From Chiloscyllium plagiosum (taxonomy: Eukaryota): DNA of 64,000 nucleotides. Location of the stretch: assembly GCF_004010195.1 (NCBI RefSeq), contig NC_057719.1, forward strand, positions 52,506,608 through 52,570,607, read 5' to 3'. Position numbers and translations under genes: made by a program. Below, in pieces: positions 39,295-52,553 of the stretch (position 1 is the stretch's first letter; every line of letters starts with the position of its first letter). The notes below the pieces were generated by a model. That model had not been told where the DNA came from. It did not search any database and was given only the letters and a program-made list of their open reading frames with translations.

Positions 39295-40198
39295 GATTGC
39301 AGGTGACACCAAAATTGGGGCATAGTGCACAGCAAACAGGGTTACCACAGACTACAACAGGTTCTTGATTGAATGGGCCAACAAGCCGGGGAGTGGCAGA
39401 TGGAGTTTAATATAGATAAATGCAAGGCAAATCAAAGCAGGACTTACACACCTTATGGTAAGGTCCTGGGGTGTGTTGCTAAACAAAGAGGCCTTGGAGT
39501 GCGGGTTCATAGTTCCTTGAAAGTGGACTCATGGTACACAGGATAATAAAGAAGGTGTTTGGAATGCTTTCCTTTATTGGTCAAAGATTATAAGAGTTGG
39601 GAGGTCATGTTGTGGCTGTACAGGACATTGATTAGGCCACTTTTGGAACTCTGCATGCAATTCTGATCTCCCTGTTGTAGGAAGGATGTTGTGAAACTTG
39701 AAGGGGTTTAGAAAAGATTTACAAGGATGTTGCCAGGGTTGGAGTGTTGATCTATAGGGAAAGGCTGAATAGGCTGGAACTGTTTCCCTGGAGCATCGGA
39801 GGCTGAGGGGTGACCTTATAGAGGTTTATAAAATCATAAGGGGCATGGATACCCCTCATGATTTCACAAACCTCTGCAAAGTCACTCCCCCAGGGTGGGG
39901 GAGCCCAAAACTAGAGGGTATAGCTTTAAGGTGAAAGGAGAAAGGCTTAAAAGGGACCTAAAGGCAACATTTTCACACAGAGATTGGCAAGTGTATGGAA
40001 TGAACTGCCAGAGGGAGTGTTGGCGGCTGGTACAATTACAACATTTAAAAGGCATCGAAACGGTATAGGAATAGGAAGGGTTTAGAGGGATATAAGCTAA
40101 ATGCTGGCAAATGGAACTGGATTAATTTAGGATATCTGGTCAGCACGGACTAGTTGGACCGAAGAGTCTGTTTCCGTGCTGTGCATCTTTGTGACTCT
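39295..40198 (+). mobile_element. CR1/HER1-type LINE 3' segment
   Basis: Colinear with 16330-17233 from gcaggtgacaccaaaattgg to the gactcta tail; frameshifted. Confidence 0.9.
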
Positions 40199-40445
40199 AA
40201 GGCTCTAATTGATATGTTAAAAACAAAGTCAGCACTCTAACAGTCCTCGTGTATTTGAACTTGCACTGTCTTGCACAATCAAAAAAGTACCAGGAATTTG
40301 TGCACAATCAAAAAAGTACAGAAGTATCAGGAATTTGTGACTGGAGTTGTACTATTACAATACATTGAGTGAAACAAAAGGCAAATTAAGTTTTTTACAT
40401 GTCACAATCAAGTAACTGACATGCTTACCTGTACTACTGTTGCAG

Positions 40446-40521
40446 ACAGCAATAACAATAGCAAAGCAACAGTCAAAGCTATGGGTGGAATCTTCCCAAC
40501 CCCTGATAGATGTAGGCTGTG
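40446..40521 (+). CDS. Candidate internal exon (76 nt)
   Basis: Branch-like taactgac, acceptor ...ctactgttgcag, donor gtg|gtaaga; two open frames; an equally good exon overlaps on the minus strand. Confidence 0.3.
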
Positions 40522-40934
40522 GTAAGAAATTTGGAATAATCAGGTGAAAAGTCAAGAAAGACCCTTCTGGATTTGGAAACCAAAATGTTTCACTTTCAGT
40601 GCTGAATGTAGATTTGAGTCAAGAGGCCTATTAGGATGGAATACTGTTTATTATCATGCACATCATTATTTAATCTGACCTCATTAATATGCACTTCCCC
40701 ATTCTTCCAGCCGCCAGACAGAAACTAGATACTGAGAATTCGCAACACAAAAGTGGATGATTTATGTAAGTGCATTCCATGTTGTTGCTTATTGTGCTTG
40801 ATTGGTTAAATTTCCTGCTTATCTCAGGGAAAAGGAAATAAGATACAGAAAAAATAAGGAGCCAAGGGAGAAACATGGACTGTACATTTTAAAGCACTGT
40901 CCAAGCAATTGTTACAACAGAAAATATATAACAG

Positions 40935-40991
40935 TCACCATCTTTGAGCCAAATGTCAGTCAAAAACACGATCTCCACATATTCTTCCCCG
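40935..40991 (+). CDS. Candidate internal exon (57 nt, SPSLSQMSVKNTISTYSSP)
   Basis: Donor ccg|gtaatg; phase 0-0 and Ser/Thr/Pro-rich like the downstream exons; acceptor (aaaatatataacag) is weak. Confidence 0.3.
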
Positions 40992-43900
40992 GTAATGTGT
41001 TGGATAACAAGAGCAGGTTTTTGTGAGTGATCAGGCATTCTGGATGAAAAAAATGTGTAGATTTTGTGCGTTTGGGATTGGTATTCCAGCAGGAAGAAAT
41101 TTTCAGATTAATCTTTTCTCCTCTGGTAGGCTAAAATACGTCACTTAACAGAAATGGTTTATTTGATCCAAAATTTCAAAACATTTCAATTTCACAGAAA
41201 ACAAATTACCAATGGGCTCTGGTTAGCTGCTGGTGAAAAAATGACTTGTATTTTTAGCAAAAGGTTTATTTGATCACTTTATCAGTCGCTCCTTGAAACT
41301 TAAATTCAATTCCATGAGAGCTGCTCTCTAAATCCTACAATAGATGGTAAATTTGCAAAGAGTGCGAATATTTTCAAACACTCCACATAGGTGGAAACAT
41401 TAGCATTTTTATCAGCTTTTTGAAGCTTCCTTTGAAGATAAAAATGGTGAATAAATTTAGTTAATAACCAATTATATGTTCATATTACTTGAACCTTTTT
41501 GCAAATAATTGTATGTAACAAAAACTGAGCAATCTTAACTATGTTTCCTCCGATACCCATATTCCTTGAAAAAAACATTAGCCATCTAATTATTAAATAT
41601 GTCAAAATAACTATTGTTACCATAATTTTATTTTCTTATAATTCAAAGCTCTACAGATTCAGATTCAAATTTCTGTTTGGGCTCTTTTTGAAGAGGCAAC
41701 TGCTGATGATATACAGAACACAACTCTCTGCTGAAAGCACTGAGATATAGATTGAAGCCAGCATTCATTCATGATTGTGATTCCTTTCCCCTCCTCTGAG
41801 CATCAGGCTCTGATTTTTTGCCATTGATCTCTCTTTAATGTTTTGTGAGCTTTGCACCTGCTGTGTATTGATATGCAAAACCGCAGGTTGCCATATCTTT
41901 GGCAAGTTTGTACAGCCATCAGCCTCTGGCATTTGTTTTATTTTAATTTCATTTTAAAAAATGTTTTATACAGGTTTACTAATGTTAGCATGGAGTAACA
42001 CAGGGTTAGAGAATCCTGGTTTTTCTGGTTCTGTTTCTTTCCAGCTGCCATCTTTACTTGGCAGTGAGTTTTTTTTAACAGCTGCATAAGCTCATGACAC
42101 AGACATCTATATTTATATTTCAGATACTCTTCTTAAGTATGAAACAAACCAGAAAATATTTATATATTTACTATCACTTTATGTTAATTATTTATCTTCA
42201 ATCAATAGATTAACAATCTTCATTAGACTGATTACTGCTGTACTCCAGTGATTTCAATTAAGTTTCAAAATTCTAAATATCAAAATTAAAAATGATTATT
42301 TTTGATATTACAGTACTAAAAATAAAGTACATCACATTAGACAAAGAAATGCATGCAAACATACCCAGTTAGTGTTTCTCTATGCACTTTTATCAGCTGA
42401 TTCTTTATGTCCAAGAACAAGAGGAAATGAGTCCTACTGTGTTAATAAAATTGTGCAACTGGATTTTCACTTTTGAGTTGGAATCTCAACACTAGAGCAT
42501 TTTGGCATCCCAAACCTGCATTGCATCAGCACCTGATGCCTGAAGTGACTTTCAAAGAGCAGACAAATTAATAGCCAGATGGTGCTTTTGCTTTTAATTA
42601 GGGACAGAAATGTTGGGAGCAGTTGGGAGCGGAATATGCTGGGCACAATTTAATGGCAGCCTGGCAATCATCATTATTGTGGTTCCCAGTCTATTTAGCG
42701 ATGGAAGGAAGAGATGAAATCCAAAAAATCCAAGTCACTCTAAATGCCAAAATTCCTCACTCTCTCATCATTATAAAACAAATGTTTTTTTTAAATTGTT
42801 CCTATCTGAGTGGATAACTTTACGCTTCTCCGCCATATAATCCAATTGCTTAGTTCTTGCCCAACTATTTATACTGTCTAAAATTTATGTAGAGTTCTTG
42901 AACCTTTCTCAAACCACCTGTGGCTTACACACAGTGGTATCATCTAAGTCATTATTACAGATTGTAAATATCTGAAGTACAAGATTCAAACATACTAAAT
43001 CCTGCTCCTGGTAGTATCCTAGTAGTCACAGACTGTCAATCTGAAATTACCTTTCTATTTTTACTCCCTGTTTTGTGTCCATTAATCAATCCTCACTCGA
43101 TGTTGATGCATTACAGTCTATTCATCAGGTCTTGTTTTGTGCAACTATTTCTTGGGTGACCCTTTGTCAAATGATGCTTGAAAATTCAAGTAAACAACAT
43201 CCATGGTTCCCCGTAATCCAACCGACTTATCACATTCTCTTCATATCTTTGTCAAACACAATTTCCCTTCCATGAACTGTGTTAACTCTTTCCAATCATG
43301 CTATTGTCTAAGTGAATTGCTGTCACTACCTTAACACTTTTCCTGTTGTGGATGTCGAGTTAACTCACCTAAGTGCAATCCCACCCTGACATGTATTTGT
43401 CTGGGAAATTGAAATCAATTTGCACGTGGAACTCTCAAAAATAAGCCCTTAACATCAGAGAATTCGGAAGGTTTAGCTTCCATTTAGTTAATAAATACTC
43501 AGTAAATATTCAACAAATAGCAACCTGATTTACTCCAGGGTAACTGCTAAGCTGATCCTTCAATGTCCCACACACACCTCACTCCTGCATCACTACACCT
43601 CCCCCACACTCTTACAACCTCATGCCCCTGACAGCCACAGCCCACTCCTGACCAAAACCCTCCCAATAAAACACATTCCACTCCTCCCAATATCTAATAC
43701 ACCCCATAAATCACAACAACCTCTTGTCTCAACAGCTGCTATTAATCATTAAGACCAATCTTTACATAATAATACAAAGTCTGGAATATGCCACAATTTC
43801 CCATATTAATGGATCATTTTATTTCCTGTCCTCCTGCATTCTGATTCTGATTCTGAGCCTCTTGAGAACTCACCTTTATCACATTGCTTCAACTACTGAA

Positions 43901-44323
43901 CTGCCAAGATCTCTCATTTTAGCTCCTTTCACAACCGTGAAGGAGGGTCTACATCTGATAATTGTAATGAGCAACTGTAGCCAGGAAATCGAAATGAGTA
44001 TGAGACATTTAATGATTGCTCAGTCAGGTAAATTAATGGATCATCATTTGGAGATTGTTTAAGGATTATTAAAGCTTTCCTAATTATCATCCTTCCTCTC
44101 AGAACCTATTTTTTAAAGCTGCTGTGAATACAGGTAACATTAAAGCATGCCCCTCAGCTGAATGTGTTATTCCCAATTTTTCTTATTACAGAAGAGGTAT
44201 CAAAATAAATCTCAAAAGTCATAATGGTCAAGGCAGATCCGAAGATTCCAAACCTGGAACATAGCTCGGTGGATACCAGATTCCTGAGGTGCAATTACAC
44301 TGCTTCTTGTTTTCTGCACACAG

Positions 44324-44382
44324 TCCGCTTACAAATTCAACACTGCTACTGGAATTCCGACAGGATTACCTCCTGCAACATT
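44324..44382 (+). CDS. Candidate penultimate exon (59 nt), most plausibly SAYKFNTATGIPTGLPPAT
   Basis: Strong acceptor cttcttgttttctgcacacag; donor gtatga; all three frames open; second-position C bias favours the S/T/P/A-rich frame. Confidence 0.5.
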
Positions 44383-44960
44383 GTATGATTACTGTTAGCA
44401 TTAAAATAGTGTAAAAAGGAATCTCATAATGTAAAAATGCAGCACTAACTATCAGCACTAAGGTCCACAGCATAGTCACACCTTAAAGTAAGCAATCTAT
44501 AAACTAATGCTGAGCAATTTACAAAGCCTTTAAGTATTACTTTCCCAAATGCCAGAAGACAAAATTTCAGGAACTGTTTCAAACAAACAAGCGGTATTGC
44601 AAGTATGAACCAGACAAATGCTTGCTGCTTATGGCTGACTTGCATGTTATTAACTCAAATTCAGAGAGATAAGAAGGTTGTGCACAAGCCTCCAGAAATG
44701 TGCAGCTCACTGAACTATTTATCATCGAATGGTACAGTCTCAATTCAACAAAACATGCTTCTGGAATGCAAAGTCAAGTTCTATGAGCAACCCACTATTC
44801 AATCAGCTCTGTTCATTATATATGCATTTTGTTCAGCTTCTATTTCTTTTATCCTCCCTCCTGGTGTGTTTGGGGAATAAACAGACTTTATAAATTAAAA
44901 ACAAAAGCTGTGGATGATGGATATGTGATATATATGTGTTGGAGAAATGCAGAATGCATC

Positions 44961-45842
44961 AATGATTTATTTAGTGCCACTTGCATTTTACAACGGGTTA
45001 TACAGTAAAATACAGTGAAAAGCTTCAACAGTTGCCACAATCCAGACCCATTTTGAATAGTTTAACAATAAAGACATGTAATTTAAAGAGAATAGTTTAA
45101 GAATAAAAAAATATAAACAATATAATTGAAAGGCAGTTCTGAGCCAATTCACCAATGACACCTGCAGTGCCAGCCTTCCTCTACCCCCCTTTGCCATACC
45201 ACCAATGTAGGAATCACTATTCTTTAGGCACCATCGCTTTGCTGCTGGGCTCACTTCGCTGATGCCAGGTCCCATGCTGAGCCCACACTCACCCATGCAG
45301 CCAGGAGTCCGTGGTTCCGCTGCCACTCTCAGCTCCGACCACGCTGCCTCTGCTGCAATTGCCATTTCACCAATGTCAGGAGTGCCCGCTCTGGGCCTAT
45401 TGCAACCAGGAATCCTTGGCTCCACTTCCAGACTAGCCCACCACCATCTCACCAAGAGTTCTGCCTTCCAGGCCTTCTCTGATGTCACCTAGTTGGCGCT
45501 GCCGTCTTGAAAATTTCTCTGCCAGCACCACCACCAATTGCTGGAGGAGTTTTGCCACCGCTGTAAGTCCCACATGCTGGGAGGACATCCTTGCTGCTGC
45601 TGCAAACACTGTGTCCAGTCACCATGAGGAACTGCATCTGTCACCAGGAGGTGCCTCCATTCCATGCATAACATGCCCCACACACCAATTTTGCCAACTC
45701 ACTCAGTGCAAAAGGCTCCAAGGAAAATAAAAGAGCAGAAGTAAAAGGAAAGAAAAAGAAGAAAGAAAGCCTGTGGGAGTGGATGAGCCCGGGCAAGAGC
45801 CCAGACACACAGTCCTGCTGCTACTCTGCTGCCATCTTGGAT
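44961..45842 (-). repeat. Non-coding interspersed element with GC-rich subrepeats (copy 2)
   Basis: Minus strand starts ccaagatggcagc and ends gtggcactaaataaatc; shares terminal block and ccaggagtcc-type subrepeats with 30132-30720. Confidence 0.6.
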
Positions 45843-47184
45843 TGGATGGCAGGTCTGGGCAGCATTTTCATAGAGCTAAGTGGAGAAAGCCATTTCTGAG
45901 AAAAGATCACTGGTTGGAGGCTTTATAAATTCATGGACTAACAGGTTACAAAGTTACATACAGATGCATTAAGGTTCTTTTTTAAACTGTCAATACAGCT
46001 TCGCAGGTAAGGTTGCTTACTATGTATTTTATGATTGCTTATCTTGTCATGCAGATTATTGCATGTACATCCAGTAAAATAGTTCTATGCAGACTTCTAC
46101 TTTCAGTCATGGGGTGGTTTCACTAATATTGTTTTTTGTTTTTTCGGTCCAGAATAATATGATTAATATAACTGCCTGGCAGGTCATTGGTTGCATAAAT
46201 AACTTGTCAACTAATGTAATCACATTCATATTTAAATTATGCAGTTATTCTACAGTTGGAGTGGAATATCGATCCTGATAACTGTTTCCCAGATAACTCC
46301 AGAATCAATTAAACTCAGTAAAACAGAGGAACTAATAATTTTTAAAGTTTCTGTGAGATCACCTTTCAGTGCTGTAAGAAGGTCAATGAACTTGGCCAGG
46401 ATGTGCCAAATTCTTCTCTTTGCAAAGTCTCATTCACTCTATCTCAGCTACTGCACCTACCTCCCACCCAAGGCTCTTGCTTTGCCATTGGCTTATTTTC
46501 CACTCCATGGAGTTGTGAGGCTGTGAAAGTCAATGCCAGAGATTGTGATTAATCAGAGTCTATGTCAGTCTTTGAGAATGAGTTAGATTTGTATTTGAAG
46601 GAAAGGGGACTGAAATTACATGGGAAATGTAGAATTATAGGTTTGTGGGTAAGGAGCCAAATATTTATGATTGAGATATTGCAACTGTTGCAACATCTTC
46701 CCTCACTTGCTACCACAATTCCTCCACCTCCCCCCCCCCGGCCCGCCTCATTTTGAAATTAATGCACAGTTTAGAGTATGCATGTGTTATGTAAACCTCA
46801 ATGGTTTGAATATACAGGTGTTAAAGCAATCCTACCCTCTGTATATGTGATGTTCTTCTCACCAGAGGGGATACAACTATGAAAGCTGTTTTCTCTCTTT
46901 AACAAATAGAAAGAATAAATAGAAAGAGCTTTGCTCATATGTGAAAATGATACATTATGTCAATCTGTATGGCTACTCGAATTACATTAATCTGAGAATA
47001 AAGTATCTAACCTGGACAGTGAGGTTTTAGGAAAATACGATAACAAAGCATGGCAAATTTGGTGCTCACTTTTGCACATCCTTTCTCCACAATGTTCAAG
47101 TGGTGGTGGAGCAACATAAAGTTTTCAAATCAATCCAGTTTCAGTGCAGATCTAGACTAGGAGCAAGGAGGCAGGAGATTCATG

Positions 47185-48570
47185 GGCGGGAGGTAGGCTA
47201 ATATGGTGCTACTATTTAATAAAGGTGATAAAGAAGAACCAGGGAACTATAACCCAGTGAGCCTGACATTGGTGGTGGGGAGGTTGTTGGAGGGGATCCT
47301 GAGGGACAGGATATACATGTATTTGGAAATGAAAGGACTGATTAGGGATAGTCAACATGGCTTTGTGCATGAAAAACTATGTCTAAATAACTTGATTGAG
47401 TTTTTTGACGAAGTAACAAAGAGGGTTCATTAGGGCAGAGCGGAGGCTGTGATCTGTATGGAGTTCAGTAAGATTTTGACAAGGTTCCCCATGGGAGACT
47501 GATTAGCAAGGTTAGATCACATAGAATACAGGGAGAACTCACCATTTGGATACAGAACTGGCTCAAAGGTAGGAGACAGAGGTTGGTGGTGGAGGGTTGT
47601 TTTTCAGACTAGAGACCTGTGACCAGTGGAGTGCCACAAGGATTAGTGCTGTATCCACTACGTTTTGTCATTTACATAAATGATTTGGATGTGAACACAG
47701 GAGATATAGTTAGTAAGTTTGCAGATGACACCAAAATTGGCAGTGTAGCGAACAGTGAAGAAGGTTATCTCAGAGTACACTGGGACCTTGATCAGATGGG
47801 CCAATAGGCCGAGGAGTGGCAGGCGGAATTTAATTTATATAAATGTGAGGTGCTGCATTTTGTAAAGGCAAATCAGGCAGGATTTATGCACTTAATGGTA
47901 AGGTCCTGGGCAGTGATGCTGAACAAAGAGACTTGGAGCGCAGGTTCATAGTTCTTTCAAAGTAGAATCTCAGGTAGACAGCATAGCGAAGAAGGCATTT
48001 GATATGCTTTCCTTTATTGGTCAGACCATTCAGTATAGGAGTTGGGAGGTCCTGTTGTAATCTCTCTGCTATTGGAAGGATGTTGTGAAACTTGAAAGGG
48101 TTCAGAAAAGATTTATAAGGATGTCGACAGGGTTGGAGGTTTTGAGCTGTAGGGAGAGGCTGAATAGGCTGGGGTTATTTTCTTTGGAGTGTTGTAGGTT
48201 GAAGGGTGGCTTTATAGAGATTTATAAATTCATGAGAGGACTTTTAGACAAGGACTTTTACCCAGGTTGGGGGAGTCCAAAACTAGAGGGCATAGGTTTA
48301 AGGTGAAAGAGGAAAGATTTAAAAGGGACCTAAGGGGCAACTGTTCATACAGAAGGTGGTGCATGTATAGAAAGAGCTGCCATAGGAAGTGGTGGAGGCT
48401 GGTACAATTATGGCATCTGGATGAGTATATGAATAGGAAGTGTTTAGAAGGATATGGGCCAAGTGCTAGCAAATGGGACTAGATTTATTTAGGCTATCTG
48501 GTTGGCATGGACGAGTTGGACCAAAGGGGTTTGTTTCCTTACTGTGCAGCTTTATAACCCTATGACTCTC
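47185..48570 (+). mobile_element. CR1/HER1-type LINE, 5'-truncated, covering most of the RT domain (pseudogenised)
   Basis: KGDKEEPGNYNPVSL, SQHGF, SGVPQG, KFADDTKIG, LERVQKRF across broken ORFs; 3' tail ctatgactct. Confidence 0.95.
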
Positions 48571-48969
48571 TATAACTATTATAATGTGTAATTTGCTATT
48601 AATAAAACTTGTGCTATAGCAAAACAAACGTGTCAAGTTTCCTGCACTCATCATTTTGTGACATCAAAAGTAAATACTCATATAGAATGTACTTCAGGAA
48701 ACCAATCTGCACAGATTGTGACTTTTTTTTATCAATTATTTGGGTTATGTTCCAGACCAAACCACCTTCAGGTGCCTCCCTATATCATAACCAGTGAATA
48801 AAGTGGGGATTGCACAACATTCAACAGCACTTGCAACTGTCAGATATTGAAGAAGTCTGTGTCCATATGTATCAAGCCATGGAAAATATCCAAGTTTGGA
48901 GTGACATGTGACAAGTAGCATTCATGTCGCACAGATGCTAGGGTATGGTTATCTCCAACAAATGACCAT

Positions 48970-49460
48970 TTCCTTCCCAGTCAGAGTGTAAAATGGTTTG
49001 AAGGGGATTATGCGAGTGGTGCTACTTCCATGCATTATCTACTGTTGTCTTTCTAGGTGGTACATGTCGAGAATTTGGAAGGTACTCGTAGTCATAGAAG
49101 CATTAGTGAGTTGCTGCAACATATATTTTAGATGATACACACAACAGCTACTGTGCATATGCGATAGAAAGTATGAATGTTTAAGGTGGTAGAAGAGGTG
49201 CCAGTCAAGACCGCTCCATGTCCTTCATGGTGTTGAGGTGCAGTCATCACATAAGTGGTAGGTGTTCCATCAGCCTCATGACTTGTGCCTTTTCGATAGT
49301 GGAAAGGCACAGGGGAGTCGGGATGTGAACTAGTCATCATAGAATTGGTGGCCGACATGTTGTTGTGGTTATGGTAATTACATGGTTACTCCACTTCGGT
49401 TTGTGATCAATGGTAATGCCCAGAATGTTGCTAGTAAAGGATTTAATGATGGCAATGCTA
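48970..49460 (-). mobile_element. Old family B LINE fragment
   Basis: gtctttctaggtggta...catgacttgtgcct...atcaatggtaatgcccagaatgttg resembles 22500-23080. Confidence 0.6.
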
Positions 49461-50224
49461 ATAGCCGCCTATTTTGTATCTGGAATGGAGGAAACCTTAG
49501 GAGGATGCTGTGAATGATCAATCACCCAGTTGTCTGAGGAACTCATTCTTTACCATTCACAGTGACATCATATTCACTGAGGAAAGTAAATCAGTCATTT
49601 CCAAGGTGAAGAAAGATAGAAGCACATTTCTTATCCAGCAGAGGGAGCAAATACATACATTCCATTGCAGAAAACAAATAGAAATTGCATTTATTTTGTG
49701 AAATACTTATTCTTATAAAGATATTTAGGCTAAATCTTAATCCAAATATTCCTCAATAAATGCTTCAACATCTATTAATAATTCATTTTATTCCCTTGAA
49801 TCTTTATTTAAGTCATGCTTTTGTCTGGCCTCCTGAGTATTTCGTGTTTTAATTATTTTGTCATTTATGGCTCTGCTTTCAGCTGCCAAGGCTCTAAACT
49901 CTGAACTCTCTTCTCAATACTCTCACTGACTTTCTTTATCCAAACTTAGATTAACTCACAACTTTGCAGAATTTCATGGAGAGATTATCTCCTTGAGTTT
50001 TAGCAAGTATTCTTGCAAAGTTTTACATCTCTCACCTCATGAGGTATGCACCAAGCCTTGTGCCACAGTGCTCATGTTATCTTGTACTGAACAATGCAGA
50101 AGTGCTCACTACTCCTGAGATCATCATTAAAGCCTACCCACACACTAGTTTCAAGGCTGCAGACCAAGAATTACACTTCACAATTCCAGTGTGTGCAGAC
50201 CTCAAAAGGAGATATCAATCGAAG

Positions 50225-50440
50225 CAAAATGACTCCTTTGTTCACTACTCCCTGCAGGCCATGTTAGATGGAAAATAGGTGAGGAATACCATCCTCTTTC
50301 TCCAGGGATTCCAGAGGAGACCATGGCCTCAGACCCTGTCAGCCTGGTTTGAAGTTGGTATTCAGGTCAATGCTATGTCCACAGTCTGGAGTGTTGCAGA
50401 GCAGTGCAAGAAGAAGGTCAATGTCATTCTGTGTTATACA
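50225..50440 (+). pseudogene. PIF/Harbinger-type Myb/SANT-like DNA-binding ORF remnant
   Basis: F...SLQAMLDGK*VRNTILFLQGFQRRPWPQTLSAWFEVGIQVNAMSTVWSVAEQCKKKVN fits the Myb/SANT pattern (AW.EV...V......R...QC.K+). Confidence 0.75.
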
Positions 50441-50746
50441 ATGGGAAGAGCCACCATCTTATCTCTGTGGCCTCACACTCCCTCAAACCGCCCACCAAGG
50501 CTCCTGGTCTTCTACTCTCATGATTGCAAGCAGCATCTTGTTTTGATGGGTCTTACTCATCCCAACTTCGCAAACTATTAATGTTTCCTACTTTCTGCAC
50601 TTTCTAGTCATTCACTCACTCAGTTGGGAGACTTCATCCCCATTTGTCCCAATACTAACTGCTGTCCCAACCATTTTTACTCTCTCTCTCCCTCCCTTTG
50701 ACTCATTGCAGGAGAAAATGGCCCCCAGCTGACATTTATCTATTCA

Positions 50747-50882
50747 TCCATTCCTGATGAAGGGCTCCTGCCCAAAACATCGATTTTCCTGCTCCTCAGA
50801 TGCTGTCTGACCTGCTGTGTTTTTCCAGCACCACTCTAATCTTGACTCTAATCTCCAGCATCTGTAGTCCTCCCTTTCGCCT
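50747..50882 (+). mobile_element. pLTR-derived mini-element
   Basis: 13 bp TSD atttatctattca (50734-50746 / 50883-50895); ctgatga-a-gggc-tcct-gccc-aaaacatc is a hammerhead core with CpG-type decay. Confidence 0.85.
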
Positions 50883-52553
50883 ATTTATCTATTCACCTCC
50901 TACAAGAAGACAACCCTTGAATTAGTGGGAAAGACTTAAGACTACTCATGTGTTGAAGCCAAGACCTCCACGTCTCATCAAAAAAGCAAAATCCATTGTG
51001 AAGTGCAGCAGTGTTCTCCCATTACCACCAGTGTGAACATATTCTAAACATACTCAAGCTTCTAATCCTATTGCATAACTCTATTGATCTTCTGCAGGAA
51101 CCAGCAGCATCCAAGCAACATCTTTGCAGACAGACCAGTTCCTCTCGGGAATCACCACTGCCTCCTCCATCTCTGAGGAGGTAGCCTCAGATCCCTCAGG
51201 GGTCAGGCTTGCAAGGCTTCCTCCTATGTCCTCCAGTAGCTCAGACAGTGGCACCTTTATCACTAAACCCACTAAGTACTTTATCTAAACTGGAGTCCAG
51301 AGCAGATACTTGTGAGCACATCATTGCCACATCTCTGCAGTTGGATAAAGAAGAAACCCGCTCCTGTGTTCACCGGCACTCAGTGGACTACCAGAAACCA
51401 GGCAGCTGCCTGGTCTCAGGCAGGCGAGGACCCCATGATGTCTTCCATTAATAATTTGAAAAAAGTATACAGATCCAGGAGCAGCAGGCAGGTTTGACAA
51501 CAACACTCAGGAAGCTGAAGGAAAAGTTGTAGGAATCTACCTATATCATTTGCATTGTATTGGATCAGGCAGATGTGCTTTTGGCTGTCTCTATGAACAG
51601 GTTTGAAGCTGTTGCAGAGAGCGAAGTCTCGTAAACCGCTCTTGTCTGCCAGAGGTAGACATGGACTTGTAGCCCATTGCTGGAGCCATTGGTGCTCAGC
51701 ATCAATGTTCAGGTAACAAGGGTACAAGGGACCTCAACCTCACCCCAGTATCTTCTGGCACCACCCTTCCTCAGAGGGAGACAGGATAGTGCCAGCAGGC
51801 ACCCACCCTGAGACGGACTTCATGTAGGTCACTCAGAAATCTCTTCTCAAGAGACTGTAGTGGCACTACACCCCTCCAACTCCACTCAGCCTGGAACCTT
51901 CAACCTCAAAGAAGTTCAAACCACAGATGGTGACCCTGCATTTGAGCAGGACATTCTGAGCATGTCTGACCCTCAGATCACAATCAGCCCTGGGGTTCTG
52001 CACCTAAACCCTTGCGGCATAGGCTTCACTGCAAAGCAGGCTCCCTCCACCCCAGCTGCAGACCCAGAATTACACTTAGACATAGTGAGAGAGAAAGGAA
52101 AAAGAAACCCTGAAGATGGCACATACTTGTCATTTTAGCTGCAGATACAAGAATGAAGCTCGACCCTTTGTGCTAACCCTTTGTTTGCAATACCCAACAT
52201 TCAAACTCTGTCTAAAGGATTGCTGCTCTTTCTCTAACACCCATTGAGGGACAACATTGTGTCATGTTTGTATGTGGGAGAACTAAACCTTGTGTTGTTT
52301 TCCACGAGGGATTGATGTTTATGCACAACAGAAAAGTGGAGGAAGAACAAATCAAAAAACTGCATTTGAATTTGGGATTTATCAGGGTCTTCTTGCCTTT
52401 CTAGCATCAACATATTTACAGCGGAGGAATGATAACAACATTCAACTATTTTTGATTGGAAGTGGATGTCAGTGAAGTTGTGTTGGACGTTTTGACCTTA
52501 ATTCTGTCGCATATTGTCATGCTGAAGGTGAAGTTCTTACTGCTCAATGTTAC

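Noticed and set aside
40272..40340. Direct repeat tgcacaatcaaaaaagtac as a CRISPR-like array
   Set aside because: Only two copies; a simple local tandem duplication in vertebrate DNA.
44192..44288. Exon after the acceptor ttttcttattacag
   Set aside because: Stops occur in all three frames before the only nearby donor.
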